A stretch of DNA of 64,000 nt from Squalus acanthias (taxonomy: Eukaryota): assembly GCA_030390025.1 (NCBI GenBank), contig CM059431.1:123816001-123880000 (forward strand). Direction: 5' to 3'. Within the stretch, counting starts at the first letter, position 1. Each line of letters begins with the position of its first letter. Of the stretch, positions 49,093-63,497 are shown one piece after another. The position numbers and the translations under genes are program-made. A model generated the notes under the pieces. It saw only the letters and a program-made list of their open reading frames with translations. It searched no databases and was not told the DNA's origin.

Positions 49093-49459
49093 CTGGCTGG
49101 CTGGCTGGATGGATGACATATCTGGGAGTGGTGGTGGATGGGAGACATATCTGGGAGTGGTGGTGCAAAAATATCTGGGAGCAGACTTAGGGCTGCTGCT
49201 GCTCATTTTGCATCCAGGTCCTCTCACAGCAAAGGCCAGGCAGTCTTTGCAGACCTTCAATGCAGCCGCAATGATGACATCATCAGAGGTGACTTTCAGA
49301 CTGAAAACACTAATTGGTTCATGGGTTCCCACATGCTGGAACTCAATTGCCCAATTAGGTGAAAATCGCATCAATCTCCCACATCCAATTGCAGTTGGGT
49401 GGATAACACAAAAAGTGGATGACACGACCCCAACCCGCCCCAGTATCAAAATCCAGCCC
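48747..49459. mobile_element. Harbinger-type MITE with (GGCA)n microsatellite
   Basis: Perfect 12-bp TIR GGGCTGGATTTT and TSD TTT, inserted in a LINE tail. Confidence 0.8.
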
Positions 49460-50420
49460 TTTGATTCTACGAAAAGCTACTAAACTAATTCTAAACAAAA
49501 TTCTCTCATTCTTGTCACATAGACATATCACATTTGTCAACACAAAGTGTTCCCAATTTCAGCATGGACTGTCTGAGGTGGTTGCTTCACTTGAGGAAGT
49601 GTGGGAGAATTATGGGTTGACTTTCGTGCCTTTAACTGGCTGGCTCAAAAATTGTTCAAAATCTCCATGGAAATCCGATCTTTGTGAGCTGAAGAGAAAC
49701 CAGAGTATAATAGTGGAATAAATAGCAGAGATGCAGAAGAAAATTTCTTCCCATTCCCTTGGTGGAGATTTCATATTTGCATAGAATTTACAAGACAGAA
49801 ACAGGCCATTCGGCCCAACTGGTGCATACTGGTGTTTAAACTCCACACAAGCCTTCTCCCACCCTACAATACAGTGGTATTTGGAATGGGGAATTGTTGA
49901 TAATGAAAACAGATTAAAACCATGGCAAAACATATCAGTAAATAATGAGCAGCCAAGGAATTCTAGCAGCAGAACACCGTGCTTCTTAGCCAGTGGGGCA
50001 AGGTTTGAATCCCAGCCTTAACAGGCGTTTGAATTTAACTTTATATGGAAAAGTTTCATTAGTTCTTAGTGTTTAGTGGAATGCCTTATCTTGGGAGAAG
50101 AAAAACTGGCATAGCCCTGTCTTAAAAAAAACATAATTCTTGTCAATGGATTTATATCAATCAAAAAATCTTAAGTTCATAACAGAAACAGTCCTGTAAG
50201 AGAATCAAGGAAGTTTAGAATTTAAACAAAATTGTTTGGAAATGAGCGATGATGTGGAAGGTATTTGTAATGTAAAGTACAGCATTTATGTTAAAAGAGT
50301 GGCTGCTTTGACATATCTTTTAAACAGTAATAAATGGCTAATAGTTGCACAGATATGTATTTTCAATCAAAATCCCTGGTGCTGTAATTAAACAAAGCTG
50401 TGGCATTATTTAAAATTTGT

Positions 50421-51612
50421 TCATGGGATGTGGGCATCGCTGGCAAGGCCAGCATTTATTGCCCATCCGTAATTGCCCTTGAGAAGGTGGTGGTGAGCCA
50501 CCTTCTTGAACCGTTGCAGTCCATGTGGTGAAGGTACTCCCGTAGTGCTGTTAGGTAGAGAGTTCCAGGATTTTGATCCAGCAACGACGAAGGAACGGCG
50601 ATATACTTCTAAGTCAGGATGGCGTGTGACTTGGAGGGGAACTTGGAGGTGGTGGTGTTCCCATGCGCCTGCTGCCCTTGTCCTTCTAGGTGGTAGAGGT
50701 CGTGGGCTTGGGAGGTGCTGTCGAAGAAGCCTTGGCGAGTTGCTGCAGTGCATCTTGTAGATGGTACACACTGCAGCCACGGTACGCTGGTGGTGCAGGG
50801 AGTGAATGTTTAAGGTGGTGGATGGGGTGCCAATCAAGCGGGCTGCTTTGTCCTGGATGATGTCCAGCTTCATGAGTGTTGTCGGAGCTGCACTCATCCA
50901 GGCAAGTGAAGAGTATTCCATCACACTCCTTACTTGTGCCTTGTAGATGGTGGAAAGGCTTTGGGGAGTCAGGAGGTGAGACACTCACCGCAGAAAACCT
51001 AGCCTCTGACCTGCTCTTGTTGCTACAGTATTTATGTGGCTGGTCCAGTTAAGTTTCTGGTCAATGTTGACCCCCAGGATGTTGATGGTGGGGGATTCGG
51101 TGATGGTAATGCCGTTGAATGTCAAGGGGCGGTAGTTAGACTCTCGCTTGTTGGAGATAGTCATTGCCTGGCACTTGTGTGGCGCAAATGTTACCTGCCA
51201 CTTATCAGCCCAAGCCTTAACGTCGTCCAGGTCTTGTTGCATGCGGGCATGGACTACTTCATTATCTGAGGAGTTGTGAATGGCACTGAACACTGTGCAG
51301 TCATCAGCAAACATCCCCATTTCTGACCTTATGTTGGAGGGAAGGTCATTGATGAAGCAGCTGAAGATGGTTGAACCTAGGACAGTGCCCTGAGGAACTC
51401 CTGCAGCGATGTCCTGGGGCTGTGATGATTGACCTCCAACCACCACAACCATCTTTCTTTGTGTTAGGTATGACTCCAGCCAGTGGAGAATTTTCCCCTC
51501 AATTCCCATTGACTTCAGTTTTATTAGGGCTCCTTGATGCCACACTCGGTCAAATGCTGCCTTGATGGCAAGGGCAGTCACTCTCACCTCACCTCTGGAA
51601 TTCAGCTCCTTT
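50421..51612 (-). mobile_element. CR1/L2-group LINE RT fragment
   Basis: KAAFDRVWH, GVPQGTVLG, FADD and YKAQVRSVMEY peptides; one frame break near 50985. Confidence 0.9.
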
Positions 51613-53640
51613 GCATATGGCAAAGCAATGGGGTGTCAGAAATTGTAAGAAAGGGAAGTGCATGGAATTTTAAAATCACTTGTACAATCCGAGATGAATT
51701 CAACTATATTCAAGTGGGATTTAAGCTTTGTTTGACTCCAATTTGTTTGCTCAGTTAACCTCAAAGTGATCAATTCAGAGAACTGTGAAGTGCTGGCCAA
51801 AATCTAAGAAGTTGCCCTCTGTCAGCATAAACATTGAGGTACTTTTCTGGCAGGTTTTCCGACAGCAAGGTACAACCAACCATTCCTTCAGATCATCCTC
51901 AGAAGTTACAAGCAATCATGTCAGCAGAAAGGATTTTATATTACAGTTAGTAATAATACACTGACAAACTATCTATATTCCTATATAATTCTCCTTCATA
52001 TCTTATTTGAAATGATTTTCTTTACTTATTGCGCTTTCTCAGAAACTGAACAAAAGATGAATGGTACTTGATGTGGACTTTCAAATCATTCTGTGCTGAA
52101 TTGAGCACTCAGGGCAATGTGCCTGGGTTGTTAGGTCTTCAATAAAATTATGATTGGTGCAGAACCACCAGAATTACTTGCAACGAAGCCAGCCCTCAAT
52201 GTTCTGTGTCAATCCAAAAAGTCTGCATGCAGTGCTTGTAGTGAAGCTTCGAACACGACTTCTCTGCCAGTGGAACTCTCTCCCAGACAGCATCGGGTCT
52301 GCAACTCTGTTATTTGTAAGTAAAAGTTCAAATGCAGAATGAATCATCACTTGCTAGAGCATGCATATGTCTGGCAAACCCGTGACTTGCCTATTGATAT
52401 TTCAGTAGAGAATTTTCAAGTCTTTCTTGTAGTCTCAGCAATCGCTAACTACAGATTTTTGAGTGAAGGAGTGGGAATCACAAGAGATTAAAGCAGCTCT
52501 AACAAACAAAAGTGCATTTTGTTTTTACCAGGAGTGGGGGTACTTGTTCCCTTTCTAGAAAATTTAGAGGAAGTAGCTGAAGAGACAACTACCAATGTTG
52601 CTCCCCATCTGCATGGCTCAGGGGAAATCCAGGCAGAGGCGCACTCCTGGCAGGGCCTTGTGCCTAAAAAGCCGGAGCAAATCTGAGGGCAGGTGCAGGG
52701 CGCTGAGTAGCAGGGCTCTGAGATCAGGCACTTCTGCTTGCTGATGGAAGACAACTGGAAGGGCCTGAGTGCCTCCAAACATCCTGAGGTAACAGGGGTT
52801 AAAAATACAGATTACTTGATTGGCACCCGGAATCCCTGTTGAGTGGCTGATCAGCGGGGTAACAGGGACAGGTAACAGGGACAGGTTCTGAGCCTTAAGC
52901 TGGGGCACCCCACCACCACTTTCAGTGGAAAGAGTTTGTAGATCAGGAACTTTCCCTTTCTCCTCATTACAATACTGGCACTGCACCTATAAGAAGTACA
53001 GGACCAGTATTACTTCATGGAGAGATTCCAAGATATCCCGGGCAGTGCAATATGGGTGAAGGCCTCATGTAAAAGGTCTCTACTCCTTTTTCATTTGCCC
53101 TACGCTTGCTGAGTGCTATTTCCCCAGATGCAGGGCAGAGGAAAGTCTCCCCTCAAATGTCTTTCGCACCTGACATCTGGTTGTTCCCCTTACTAATTTC
53201 CTCCCTTCCCATCTCCCCTGACGATATTGACATCTTGCTGTGGTACTGTTCCACCGCTGCTGGTCACCCTGCAGTGCCTCAAGCATCCATCATTCATGTG
53301 TGAGCCTTTATAATAACTCTTGATGGGCACCTCAGTGTGACCACCACTTGACATCTGCGCACTTCCAAAGGTAGTCAATGGATAATGTTTAAGATCAGGA
53401 ACCACGGCCAATATTTCTCCCACCCCAACATAGGGGCGCTGATATAAATCATGGTGCCCCTACCACCACCTTGGTGAGATCAGATAACAGGGATTAAGCG
53501 TGGGACCTTCCTGGTCTGTATAGGTCAGCCACTCACTGGATAAAACTGCTCAGCTATTAGGGAAACCATATTTGACACCCATATGTAGAGCACCTGAACT
53601 TTTGTGTCAGTCACTTTCCTTGAAAGTCCAATGAAACTAT

Positions 53641-53964
53641 GGGGGAGAAATTCATTATAGCACGAGCATTTGATTATTTTTTTCCCTACCTCGGCCACCT
53701 CGCCTTTAAGTATCGCCCCCGAAGTGCCCAGCATCCCGACGAACACCTCCTGCAGCTGTCGGTGTTGTTGCCCGGCGATGCTGCAGGGGGTGAAGCCGAA
53801 GTTCGGGTCTGCAGCGCTACCGGGGCGATGCGCACGGCGATTACATCACGATCTCTGGGCGAAGGAAATCGGGGCGCAACGCCATACCGCCGCCGCAAAC
53901 CTCCTGTCGAATTTAGCCCCCGGAGGCAATAACGGGAGGAGCAAAGGTACCCAATTTCTCCCCC
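53641..53964. mobile_element. MITE
   Basis: Perfect 12-bp TIR GGGGGAGAAATT; TSD unclear. Confidence 0.7.
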
Positions 53965-55731
53965 ATTGTACCTTATGAATATTTTAATTATTCTTATTGG
54001 TAAAGATGACACATTATTCACCATTAAATAATTCCATGTAGCACAAGGTTATTGAGGATATGATGCTAGTTGTGGCTACAGAATTTCACTTTTAAAACTT
54101 TATAGTATTGAGTCCTTCAAAAGATTGCCAGACTACTAAAGTAGCTGAAAATTTCTTTTCTATTCCTTGGTACAAAATGAGAATTTTTTGGCAATGTATC
54201 TTTTGTTTCTGGATATATGAAGCATCGTTGAAATTCTTCACAGGCCAGTGGACAGCAAGTAGGCATCGAAGAGGAGGGAGACAGGGCACAACTGAAGAGA
54301 AAAAGATGGAAAACGATAAAAGGGCAATTTGGGGTAAAAAGAAATTCTTCTCTGACCCCTTAGGCGATTGAAACTAGTGCAGGAGATCACTGTGGCCCTG
54401 ATTATTCTATGCAGTATCTACCTGTTTTATGAGGTGGTCTCCACCTCAGCCAGAAACAGGTCCAGCTCTCCCTTGAAGGAATTCAGCGAATCGGTGTCCA
54501 CCACAATAGTGAACCTGTTCCAGAGGTTCACAATTCTCTGGGAAAAGAATTATTTCCTGACAGCTGAGCTTGATCTGGCCTTTTACAACTTAGAATTGTG
54601 ACCCCTGGTCCTCCATAACCTATTTAATTGGAATAAACTATCAACTCGGACGCAATCTATTCCCTTCATCATCTTATAAGCCTCAGTCTATGCTTCTCTA
54701 AAGTGTAGAGTCCCTACTCTTTTAGCCTATCTTGATATCTAAGATGCTTTAAACTGGGAATTAGTCTAGTGGCCCTCCTCTGCACCCTTTCTAAAGCCTC
54801 AATTTCACCCACCATGTGAGGAGACCAAAACTGGATGCAGTATTCCAAGTAAGGCCTGACAAATGTCTTGTACAAGGACAAAATAGTATGCATTGTCTTA
54901 TAGACAACTGTCCTCTAAATGCATCCCACACCCTATTTGCTCTAGCTATCCCCTTGACGGCATTGCTCATGAACCTTTCGAGATCTATGCATTAGAACGC
55001 CCAGATCTCCTTCTTTCTCCACCTGATTTAATGCTTTTCCCTGAAGAGTGTATGTATGTTGAGCATTCGCCTTGCCCACATGCATAATACTACACTTTTC
55101 CAAATTAAATATAATTTGCCAGTCACAAGCCCAATCCCCCAACACATCGAGATCCATTTGAAGCAGTTGAGCATCATTTACAATCCTAACACTCGCACAG
55201 ATCTTGGTATCATTTGCAAATTTGCAGATCATGCCCCCAACACCTACATCTAAATCATTAAGAAAAACAGTAAAGAGCAATGGTCCCAACACCGAGCCTT
55301 GCGGGACACCACTGCTCCAAACAGATCCAAATCCTTCTACAATTACTTTCTGCCTACGGCCTTTCAACCAGTTCTTAATCCAGCTCAATATATTACCACT
55401 AATACCAAAGGCTTCAATCTTGTAGTGAAGCCTCTTGTGCGATATCTTGTCAAAAGCTTTTTGGAAATCTATGTAAACAATGTATACTGGGGTTCCCTCA
55501 TCCACCATCTTGGTGATTTCTTCATAAAATATAATCAAATTTGTAATACATGACCTTTTTGGGGACTACATTACAGTCTACAGGATCCATCCAAGGGTGC
55601 AGTGAGCTATTAAAAATACAGGCAAGGGGCTCAGATAGCATGTGTCCCATCTCCCTGAGGACCCTCGCATGGATATCATCCGGCCCAGCTGCTCTATCTA
55701 TTTTCAGGTCCTTAATTCTATCTGAAACAAT

Positions 55732-58529
55732 GGCCGTGATTTTCTTCCTGGAGGCGGGTTTTCATCGGGAACGGTAGTGGACGGGTTCCTGTCCCGCTGC
55801 TGGCGCCTGCCGGCCTGCTGACACAATTTTTCATTGATTGGCCTAGTTAAGCCCGCCGTGTGGGTTACCCACCCTCATCACAAGGTGCGGGTCTGTTCAG
55901 CTGAGATGCTGACGCATTTGTAGCCGGTGCATTTAAGGGGGCCATTTCCCCATTACATATGTGGTAGTTTCTGGTGCTTCTGACTGCTGCTTCTCACCAC
56001 GATGTCTGCAGAGAAACAAAAGACAGCTCATCGCTTCAACGAGGACTCCCTCCATGTTCTTGTGGAGGGAGTCAGAGGATGTCGGGATGTCCTGTACCCA
56101 TCTGATGGAAGAAGGAAACCTCCTCAGCAGACAAAGGCAGCCTGGCTGCGAATAGCTGAGGAGGTCAATGCCAGGTCTATGTATAGACGCACCTGGGTCC
56201 AATGCAGGAAAAGGTTCAATGATCTCCTGTGTTCTGGAAAAGTGAGTATAAAAGCTCACTTACCTTAATTCTGCTGTGCCTGTCATCACATCCCCATCAC
56301 TCTGCATTGCTAACCCTACTCCTGCACATCCTGACTCAACCTAACATCCCTTGCACCAATCCCTCTCTCCCTATGCGCAGATTCACTTCCCCATCTTACT
56401 ATGCACCCCTCACACCCACCCTCAAGGTTATGCACTGACAACTAACAACTCAAAAGGAGGGAACTTCATTATGGGAACCCACTCCTTCACAGTCTCCCTC
56501 TAAACATCTATCCTGTCCATTCTTTACACTCATTCCATCACTCTCACTGAAACTCCACGTCATTCCCTCATTGCAGGAAAAGAGAGCCCACAATAACAGG
56601 GAGAGGGAGAGAATGGGAGGACCACCATCCTTATCACAGCTGATCAACGCTGAGGAAGATGCTCTGGAAATTGTGGGATATGGGGAAAAGCTCGAAGTGG
56701 GGGACGGAGAGACGGGCTCAGTTGAACAACCTGGTGACAGAATGCTTCTCCATCCATCTTATTTGGCTTTCATGAGTGACACATATGGCATCTGATGTCA
56801 TTAGAAATTGAATGCTCATCATGTGCACAATGGGATGTGTCTGCAGTCTAAATATCACATGTCTAACTCATGTCTTTACTCCCCCACAGGACCATCAAGA
56901 GCCCCCCTCCCTACTGCCCAGGAGGAAGAGCCGGAGGACTCCTCAGAGGATGCTGCATCCTCTGAGGGAGCAGCGTCAGCAGCAATCAACGCATCCAGCA
57001 CAGCGCAGTCACGCGCACCTCGGTGGGTCGTTCACGAGATAGAGTAATGTTGTCACCTGGTGTATCACAACGCATGAGTGAGCAAGAGCAGATGGTGGAG
57101 ACAGGGACAGCAGTGGAGAGACCTCGTCGGAGGCCGCAGGACACTCCTAGCTCTACTCAGCTGCATGTAGACGCTGAGCCTCGGGGGCCATCCAGAAAGA
57201 AAGCGGTACTGGAGTTTCAAGACCAAGTGCAGGAGGCTCTGACTGGGTTTGCAACCATGGTGACTGCGAGTGTGCAGAGAATGGAGGAGTCCATCTCAAA
57301 CATGAGCAATGCTGTGGTGCATGCAATGGTGAATGTAGGTACCGCCATGGAAAGGATGGCAACCTCCATGGAGGACATAAATCGCCAGACTCAAATGAAC
57401 ATGGTGACTCTTCTAAATAGATGGTCAGCTATGGAGGATAGATGGGCATCTATCATGGAGAGGAACCAGAGGTACATGGACATCCCCGTTATGAGGACTG
57501 TCAGTACAGAGATGGGTCCTCATGGCCCCACTGATGTGCAGCAAGGTGCTCTGCAGCTACTTGCGATCAGAGAAGTGTGGGTGGCCCATGAGAGGGATGA
57601 TGGTGGGAGGCGACATGCAAGTGGGGGATCCTCTCCAAGTGCTCCACCTTCCATCCCCTTGCCAAGCCCTCGATCAGAGCTCCAGATGACTGCCGAGCAG
57701 TGACGGTCGAGTCTGCCCCTGTGCAGCCGCAGGAGGAACAGCCTTTGGCGGGGCCTTCAAAGGCTCCAAAACCCAGAGAACAACAGCCAAAGGTATCAAA
57801 GCAGGTGCAGCACAGAAGTGAGCAGGCTGTCTCTACATCTACTGAAGCCACAGGGGTAGCACAATGTAGAAGCACGCGTAAGAGAAAGCTGATATATAAA
57901 TGATCACAAGGGTACTCACTTGGGTGTTCTGATAGAATTCAATGTTAAGTTTCTGTTCTTTATTATGTTGGAATAAATTAATCTTGTATGAATGTTTGAC
58001 ATCATTGAAAAGTGTGTGATCCCAATTTAAGGTGGCACAATGAAGGGTGAGAGCACCTTTATGTCCAGCAATGAAGGTGACAGTAGATATAGAGTTAACA
58101 ACAGACACTTACAACCTCAAGACAGTCTCCCAAATTGTGAAATCAGCAATCTCTGACATCTGAAGTTAAGCAGATTTGAGAGTGCAGCTTTTAGACTGCA
58201 GTTGCAGCTGTAAAGTTTCCAGCTCGTTGGTCTTCCCGCCACACTTACCTGGCATGATCTCCGAACATCGTGAAACCCGAATAAAATGTTGGAAAGTTGC
58301 AAAAGGCTCTCAAAATAGCAGTTAACAAGCACTTAACAAGGAGTTAAGTGCCTTAAATCCCTTACCCACCACTTGGTGCCGGGTCTGTTGTGAAATCACA
58401 GACGCGACACTCTTGAGACTCACACGGAGGCGGGTTTGCGGCGGTTTTCCGACCCACCGTCAATCATTGCAACTTTAACAACTGAGCCGCGTCCGAACCC
58501 GCCCTCTGAGCGCTGGCAAAATCGTGGCC
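55732..58529 (+). mobile_element. Harbinger element retaining the Myb/SANT gene but lacking transposase
   Basis: TIR GGCCRYGATTTT and TSD AAT. Confidence 0.85.
56002..57903 (+). pseudogene. Three-exon Harbinger Myb/SANT-like DNA-binding gene with two apparent frameshifts
   Basis: Exons 56002-56241, 56577-56733 and 56890 onward join in frame through GT/AG sites; AWLRIAEEVN..RTWVQCRKRFNDL motif; frame breaks near 57000 and 57700. Confidence 0.75.
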
Positions 58530-60004
58530 AATGTGTTGATCTATGTTACGAGTTTTATTATTAATATCATCATTCAATTCTAACAGTTGAGCATCATCTT
58601 CAATAGTGAAGACCGATGCAAAGTACTCATTTAATATTTCTGCCATACCCAGTGAGTCCTTCATAACCTGTCCTTGAGCATCCTTCAATGGCCCAATTCG
58701 GTCTTTGACAGTTCTCTGACTCTTCACATAACGAAAAAGCTTTTCCCATTACTTCCACAATTGTCTGCAATCCTCTTTGTCGTTATCTTTTTTTCATTGT
58801 TTTCTTCAGCTGTTCCTTGTAGATAACTTTGTTTTGTTGAGTATTAGATGCCTTTAGATTGTAGACACGTTTTTGTTTACATTTTATTTGTTTCTGTGTA
58901 TGACCAGTCAGTCTTCTTGGCTTTTTCTTACCACACTCCCTTCCTATGAGCCTTTGTGGTTGAGAAAATGAGCTGAGATTTCCTGGACGTTTCATAGTTT
59001 ATGGCTGGGGAAACAGAGAGGATGACAAGAGAAACATTTAAGAATGCCAACCTTGAGATGATGAAAGCATATATTAGCAATTTGGTGGGGGAAGGGAAGA
59101 GTTGAGGGTAAAGGTGGTAATATTTTAACAGTGAAAATAGTCTTGGCGACAAACTGGATATGGAAGACAAAGCTGAGTTTGGGGTCAACAGAACAGCATG
59201 GTTCCACACCTCTAGGTTTAGCTTGAGGTGGCAGTTGGAAAGGCTAATGGAGTTCAGGTCAGAGGCACGTATGTATTTTCAGGAGCAGCTTGCTTTGGTT
59301 TTGCCAATATTTAACTGGAAAAAGTTTGAACTCATTCAGTTCTTACGGTCAGATACCTAGTTGGAGAGAGTGGCGCGCTGGGGTCAATGAAGGAAATGGA
59401 GCGGTAAAGCTGAGTATCATCAGCGGACATGTGAAAGCTGACCGTATGCTTAAATTTTCATGTACTTTGGCATCTCATGCACTTTACAGGAGGGTGAGGT
59501 GAACACTGATCAGGAAGTAAAGGAGTTTGAAGGGGAGAGGGGCTGAGAGCATAATTGAACAACGTGCAAAAGTGTGGAAAAGTGTATTTGTCATTCTGTA
59601 AACACTTAAAAAATGGATGACTATTGGGAGAATTTTCTGCTTGTGTGCTCCCACCATGGAGTTTTGCCCACTGAGTGGGAATATCAGGAAATCACATGCA
59701 CGCAGTCCATGATTTGCCATTAAAATGAATGGACAAAAGATTGTGGGCTCCATGACCATGATTTTCTAATATGCTTTCCTGGTGGGTGAGGCTCTGTGCA
59801 GCATGCAAGTGGAAAGTTTACCCCTATAAATCTTTGAATTTTTCTGCTGAATGGTTATATTTTTCTGTTCTTTTGTTAAAGAAAAATTGTAATTCAAAAT
59901 TCCATGCTTTTTCACTGACAAGCTCAATGTTTGTAAAGATTTTTATCAAAGCGTTCCATTTCAATCACTTTTATTTTCCGCTTCTCAGGAAAGAACATAT
60001 GATC

Positions 60005-61780
60005 ATAAGAACATAAGAAATAGGAGCAGGAGTAGGCCATTTGTCCCTTCGAGCCTGCTCCACCAATCAATAAGATCATGGCTGATCTTCTACCTCATCT
60101 CTACTTTCCTGCACTATCCCCATACCCTTGATTCCCTTAATATTCAAAAATCTATCGATCTCTGTCTTGAATATTCTCAACAACTGAGCCTCCACAGCCC
60201 TCTGGGGTAGAGAATTCCAAAGATTCACCACCCTCTGAGTGAAGAGATTTTTCCTCATCTCAGTTCTAAATGGCCAACCCCTTATTCTGAAACTGTGACC
60301 CCTGGTTCTAGACTCCCCAACCAGGGGAAACATCTTCCCTACATCTACCCTGTAAAGCCCTGTAAGAATTTTGTATGTTTCAATGAGATCACCTCTCATT
60401 CTTCTAAACTCTAGAGAATAAAGGCCTAGTCTGCTCAATCTCTCCTCATAGGACAATCTCCCCATCCCAGGAACCAGTCTGGTGAACCTTCATTGCACCC
60501 CCTCTAGGGCAAGTATATCCTTCCTTAGGTAAGGAGACCAAAACGGTACACAATACTCCAGATGTGGTCTCACCAGGGCCCTATATAATTGTAGTAAGAC
60601 ATCTTGGGGGAAAAATTCAGTTGGTTGCGCCTCCCGTTAGCGCCTTAAGAGGGCGCTAATGGGGCGCAAAGCAGCTAGCGCCCGGGCGCGGCGATGTTTG
60701 TGCCGCTCGCGAAATTAACTAGACATTTTGTGGGGGCGCTAAACACTACCGCCACGATCTCCTGCGCCGGCAGATCGTGACGTCAGTCGAGTGCGCAATG
60801 CCCCGGTATCGCCCCGGAGCGGATATTGAGTGGCGACCCCTGCATTACCGCCTGCCGCTAGCAACGACAGGTTGAGGGGAGCATTTTGCAGTCAGCAAGG
60901 GACTGGGGAGCGCTATTTAAAGGCGACTGCTTCCTGCCTTTTATTGTTGGTGACATTTTTGAACCACGCATTCTGAGAGAGAGAGAGAGAGAGACTTCTG
61001 GAGAGATTCAACGCTGTGTGAAGGAGTTTTGGGTACTGAGCAGCACTTTGCAGGTTCATTTTGATTTGCCCTTCCTTGTATCGATTTAGAAGAGACTGTG
61101 GGGGCTGCACTCTGAGCTCTTTCCCTGGTACTCTCCATTGTTCTTTCCAGCAGATTTGATGTACAGGTCTCTCCAGGCCGAGATTCAAGGCTGCAATGAG
61201 CAGGATATGGATGGAAAGCAAGATCAACCCTCCCCTTTAAGAACTGGCCCACGCCATTGTGTGTGTGTTCCATTGCTGACTGACATCACATGAGCTTTGC
61301 CAGCGCTCTGAGGTAGTGCCTCGCTCCTCGGCCTTTGCGCCTTAAGACAGGTGTGAAGCGCCTGATTTAGCGCTCCAATCACCTCCTGGGGCGATAAAAG
61401 TCAAGTTTGCAGTCGGAGGCGATAATTAGCGCCAGGCGCTAATCTTTGCGCCCGGCTGATAATTGCGCCCCAAATTGGGCGATACTGAATTTCTCCCCCC
61501 TTTACTCTTATACTCAAATCCTCTTGTAATAAAGGCCAACATACAATTTGCTTTCCTAATTGCTTGCTGTACCTACATGTTAGCTTTCAGTGATTCGTGT
61601 ACAAGGACACCCAGGTCCCTCTGAACACCAACATTTCCCAATCTCTCACCATGTTAAAAATGCTCTGCTTTTCTGTTTTTCCTACCAAAATGGATAACTT
61701 CACATTTCTCCACATTATATTTAATTTGCCATGTTTTCGCCCACTCACTTAGCCTGTCTATATCTCCTTGAAGCCTCCTT
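60005..61780 (-). mobile_element. CR1 LINE 3' fragment split by a MITE
   Basis: LSYEERLSRLGLYSLEFRRMRGDLIE peptide and tail. Confidence 0.88.
60606..61499. mobile_element. Harbinger-type MITE
   Basis: 16-bp TIR (15/16) GGGGGARAAATTCAGT and TSD CTT. Confidence 0.85.
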
Positions 61781-62215
61781 GAGGAGTGACCTACATTGGC
61801 ACCCGGTTAAGCAGCGCCTCGATTTCAAAATTCTCAGCCTTGTTTTCAAACCCCTCCATGGCCTCGCCCCTTCCTATCTCTGTAATCTCCTTCAGCCCCA
61901 CAACCCCCCAAGGTATCTGCGCTCCTCTAATTCTGCCCTCTTGAGCATCCCTGATTATAATCGCTCAACCTTTGGTGGCCGTGCCTTCTGTTGCCTGGGC
62001 CCTGGAATTCCCTCCCTAATCCTCTCTGCCTCACTACCTCTCGTTCCTACTTTAAGACGCTCCTTAAAACCTACCTCTTTGACCAAGCTTTTGGTCACCT
62101 GCCCTAATTTATCCTATGTGGCTCGGTGTCAAATTTTTTGTCTTACAATAGTCCTGTGCAGCACCTTGTGACATTTTACTACGTTAAAGGCGCTATATCA
62201 ATACTTGTTGTTGTA
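61780..62215 (+). mobile_element. L2-type LINE 3' end
   Basis: LHWHPVKQRLDFKILSLVFKPLHGLAPSYL; tail resembles 42710-42910. Confidence 0.8.
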
Positions 62216-63497
62216 GTCTTTTTGATAGCAAAGATTAAATTAAGTATTTCTGCCTGCAACGTGAATTAGTTGGAACTGTTGTGTATTTACCAAGCAGTAT
62301 TGCATGTATAACACATGCTTTTTAAAGGTAAAGCTTACTGTGAGTAATTAGATACATTGTGAAAATTGCACCTTTCTATCCCCAAAGGGTTAGAGATCAT
62401 AGAATCATAGAAGGTTATGGCACAGAAGGAGGTCATTCGACCCATTGTGTCTGTGCCGGCCGAAAAAGCGCTATCCAGCCTAATCCCACTTTCCAGCTCT
62501 TGGTCTGTAGCCCTGTAGGTTGCGGCACTTCAAGTGCATATCCAAGTACTTTTTAAATGTGATGAGTGTTGTATATAGGATGATGATATGTCAAGCAATC
62601 AGCTAACTCAAAAATTGCCATTTATTTGGAATTACTCTGTGCAAATATTAGCGCACAAGTGCCTCAACACTCTGCTATAACAGTGGCATTGACCTATTTT
62701 TAAAGAATAGGTTAATACCTCCTTTAAAATAGCAGGCAGAAGAATTTCATAGGCATGCGTGAAAGTTCTCGTGCACTGATATCCGTGCAGAGTAATCTCA
62801 AGGTGTAAGTAGCTTTGGCTAACAGATTAGTAAAGATCAGGAATAAAAAGAAAAAGCCCGAAATGCTAGAAATCATAACAAAAAACAGGAAATGCTGCAA
62901 AGTACTTCATTGGTTGTAAAACGTTTTGAGATGTCCAGTGGATGTAAAAGGCACTATATAAATGTAAGTCTTTCTTTCTTTTTTTCTTTCAAATATACAA
63001 AAGGTTCATCGGCATCTGTAAAACAGATTAAAAGGATTTACTGAAGGGTCCACACCCAAAACGATTTTTCTCTTTGCAGGTGCTGATGGATCCACTGTGT
63101 ATTTCCAGTCTTTTCTGTTTTTCAGTAAACAGCACAATAAACATCACTGTTTTCATTCGTAACTTCATTCATACGCGGATGATGCAATTCCAAAGCTATA
63201 ATTGTATCCAATTCTGTAGAAACAGAAAGTGTATATAGTTCAATGGTCCAGATTTTGCTGAGTACCCTGTTAGTTAAACATTTTCCCTCACCCTTCAGCT
63301 CGAAAATGTTTTTCCCTGTAAGTTGTTTGAAGTACGAGTTGATAACAAGGGCAATGGGGCATCTGAGACCTTGGTGAACGACAGGACTAACAGTCTACCT
63401 CCTTAACCAAGGAGATTTAAGGATTGAGAAAGAAACGGAGGAATGATGGAGAAGGAGGGTGAATTAGAGTCAAATCAGGTACAGAAAGAGAAATAAA

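Larger units (their letters stand above)
54280..58930 (-). mobile_element. CR1 LINE fragment split by the Harbinger insertion at 55732-58529
   Basis: RIGPLKD...ILNEYFASVFT on one side; AAGPDDIH, DFQKAFDK and GVPQGSVLGP on the other. Confidence 0.85.

Noticed and set aside
52488..53423. Possible host exon or LTR-element remnant
   Set aside because: The frame following the candidate acceptor hits a stop, and I could identify no motif.
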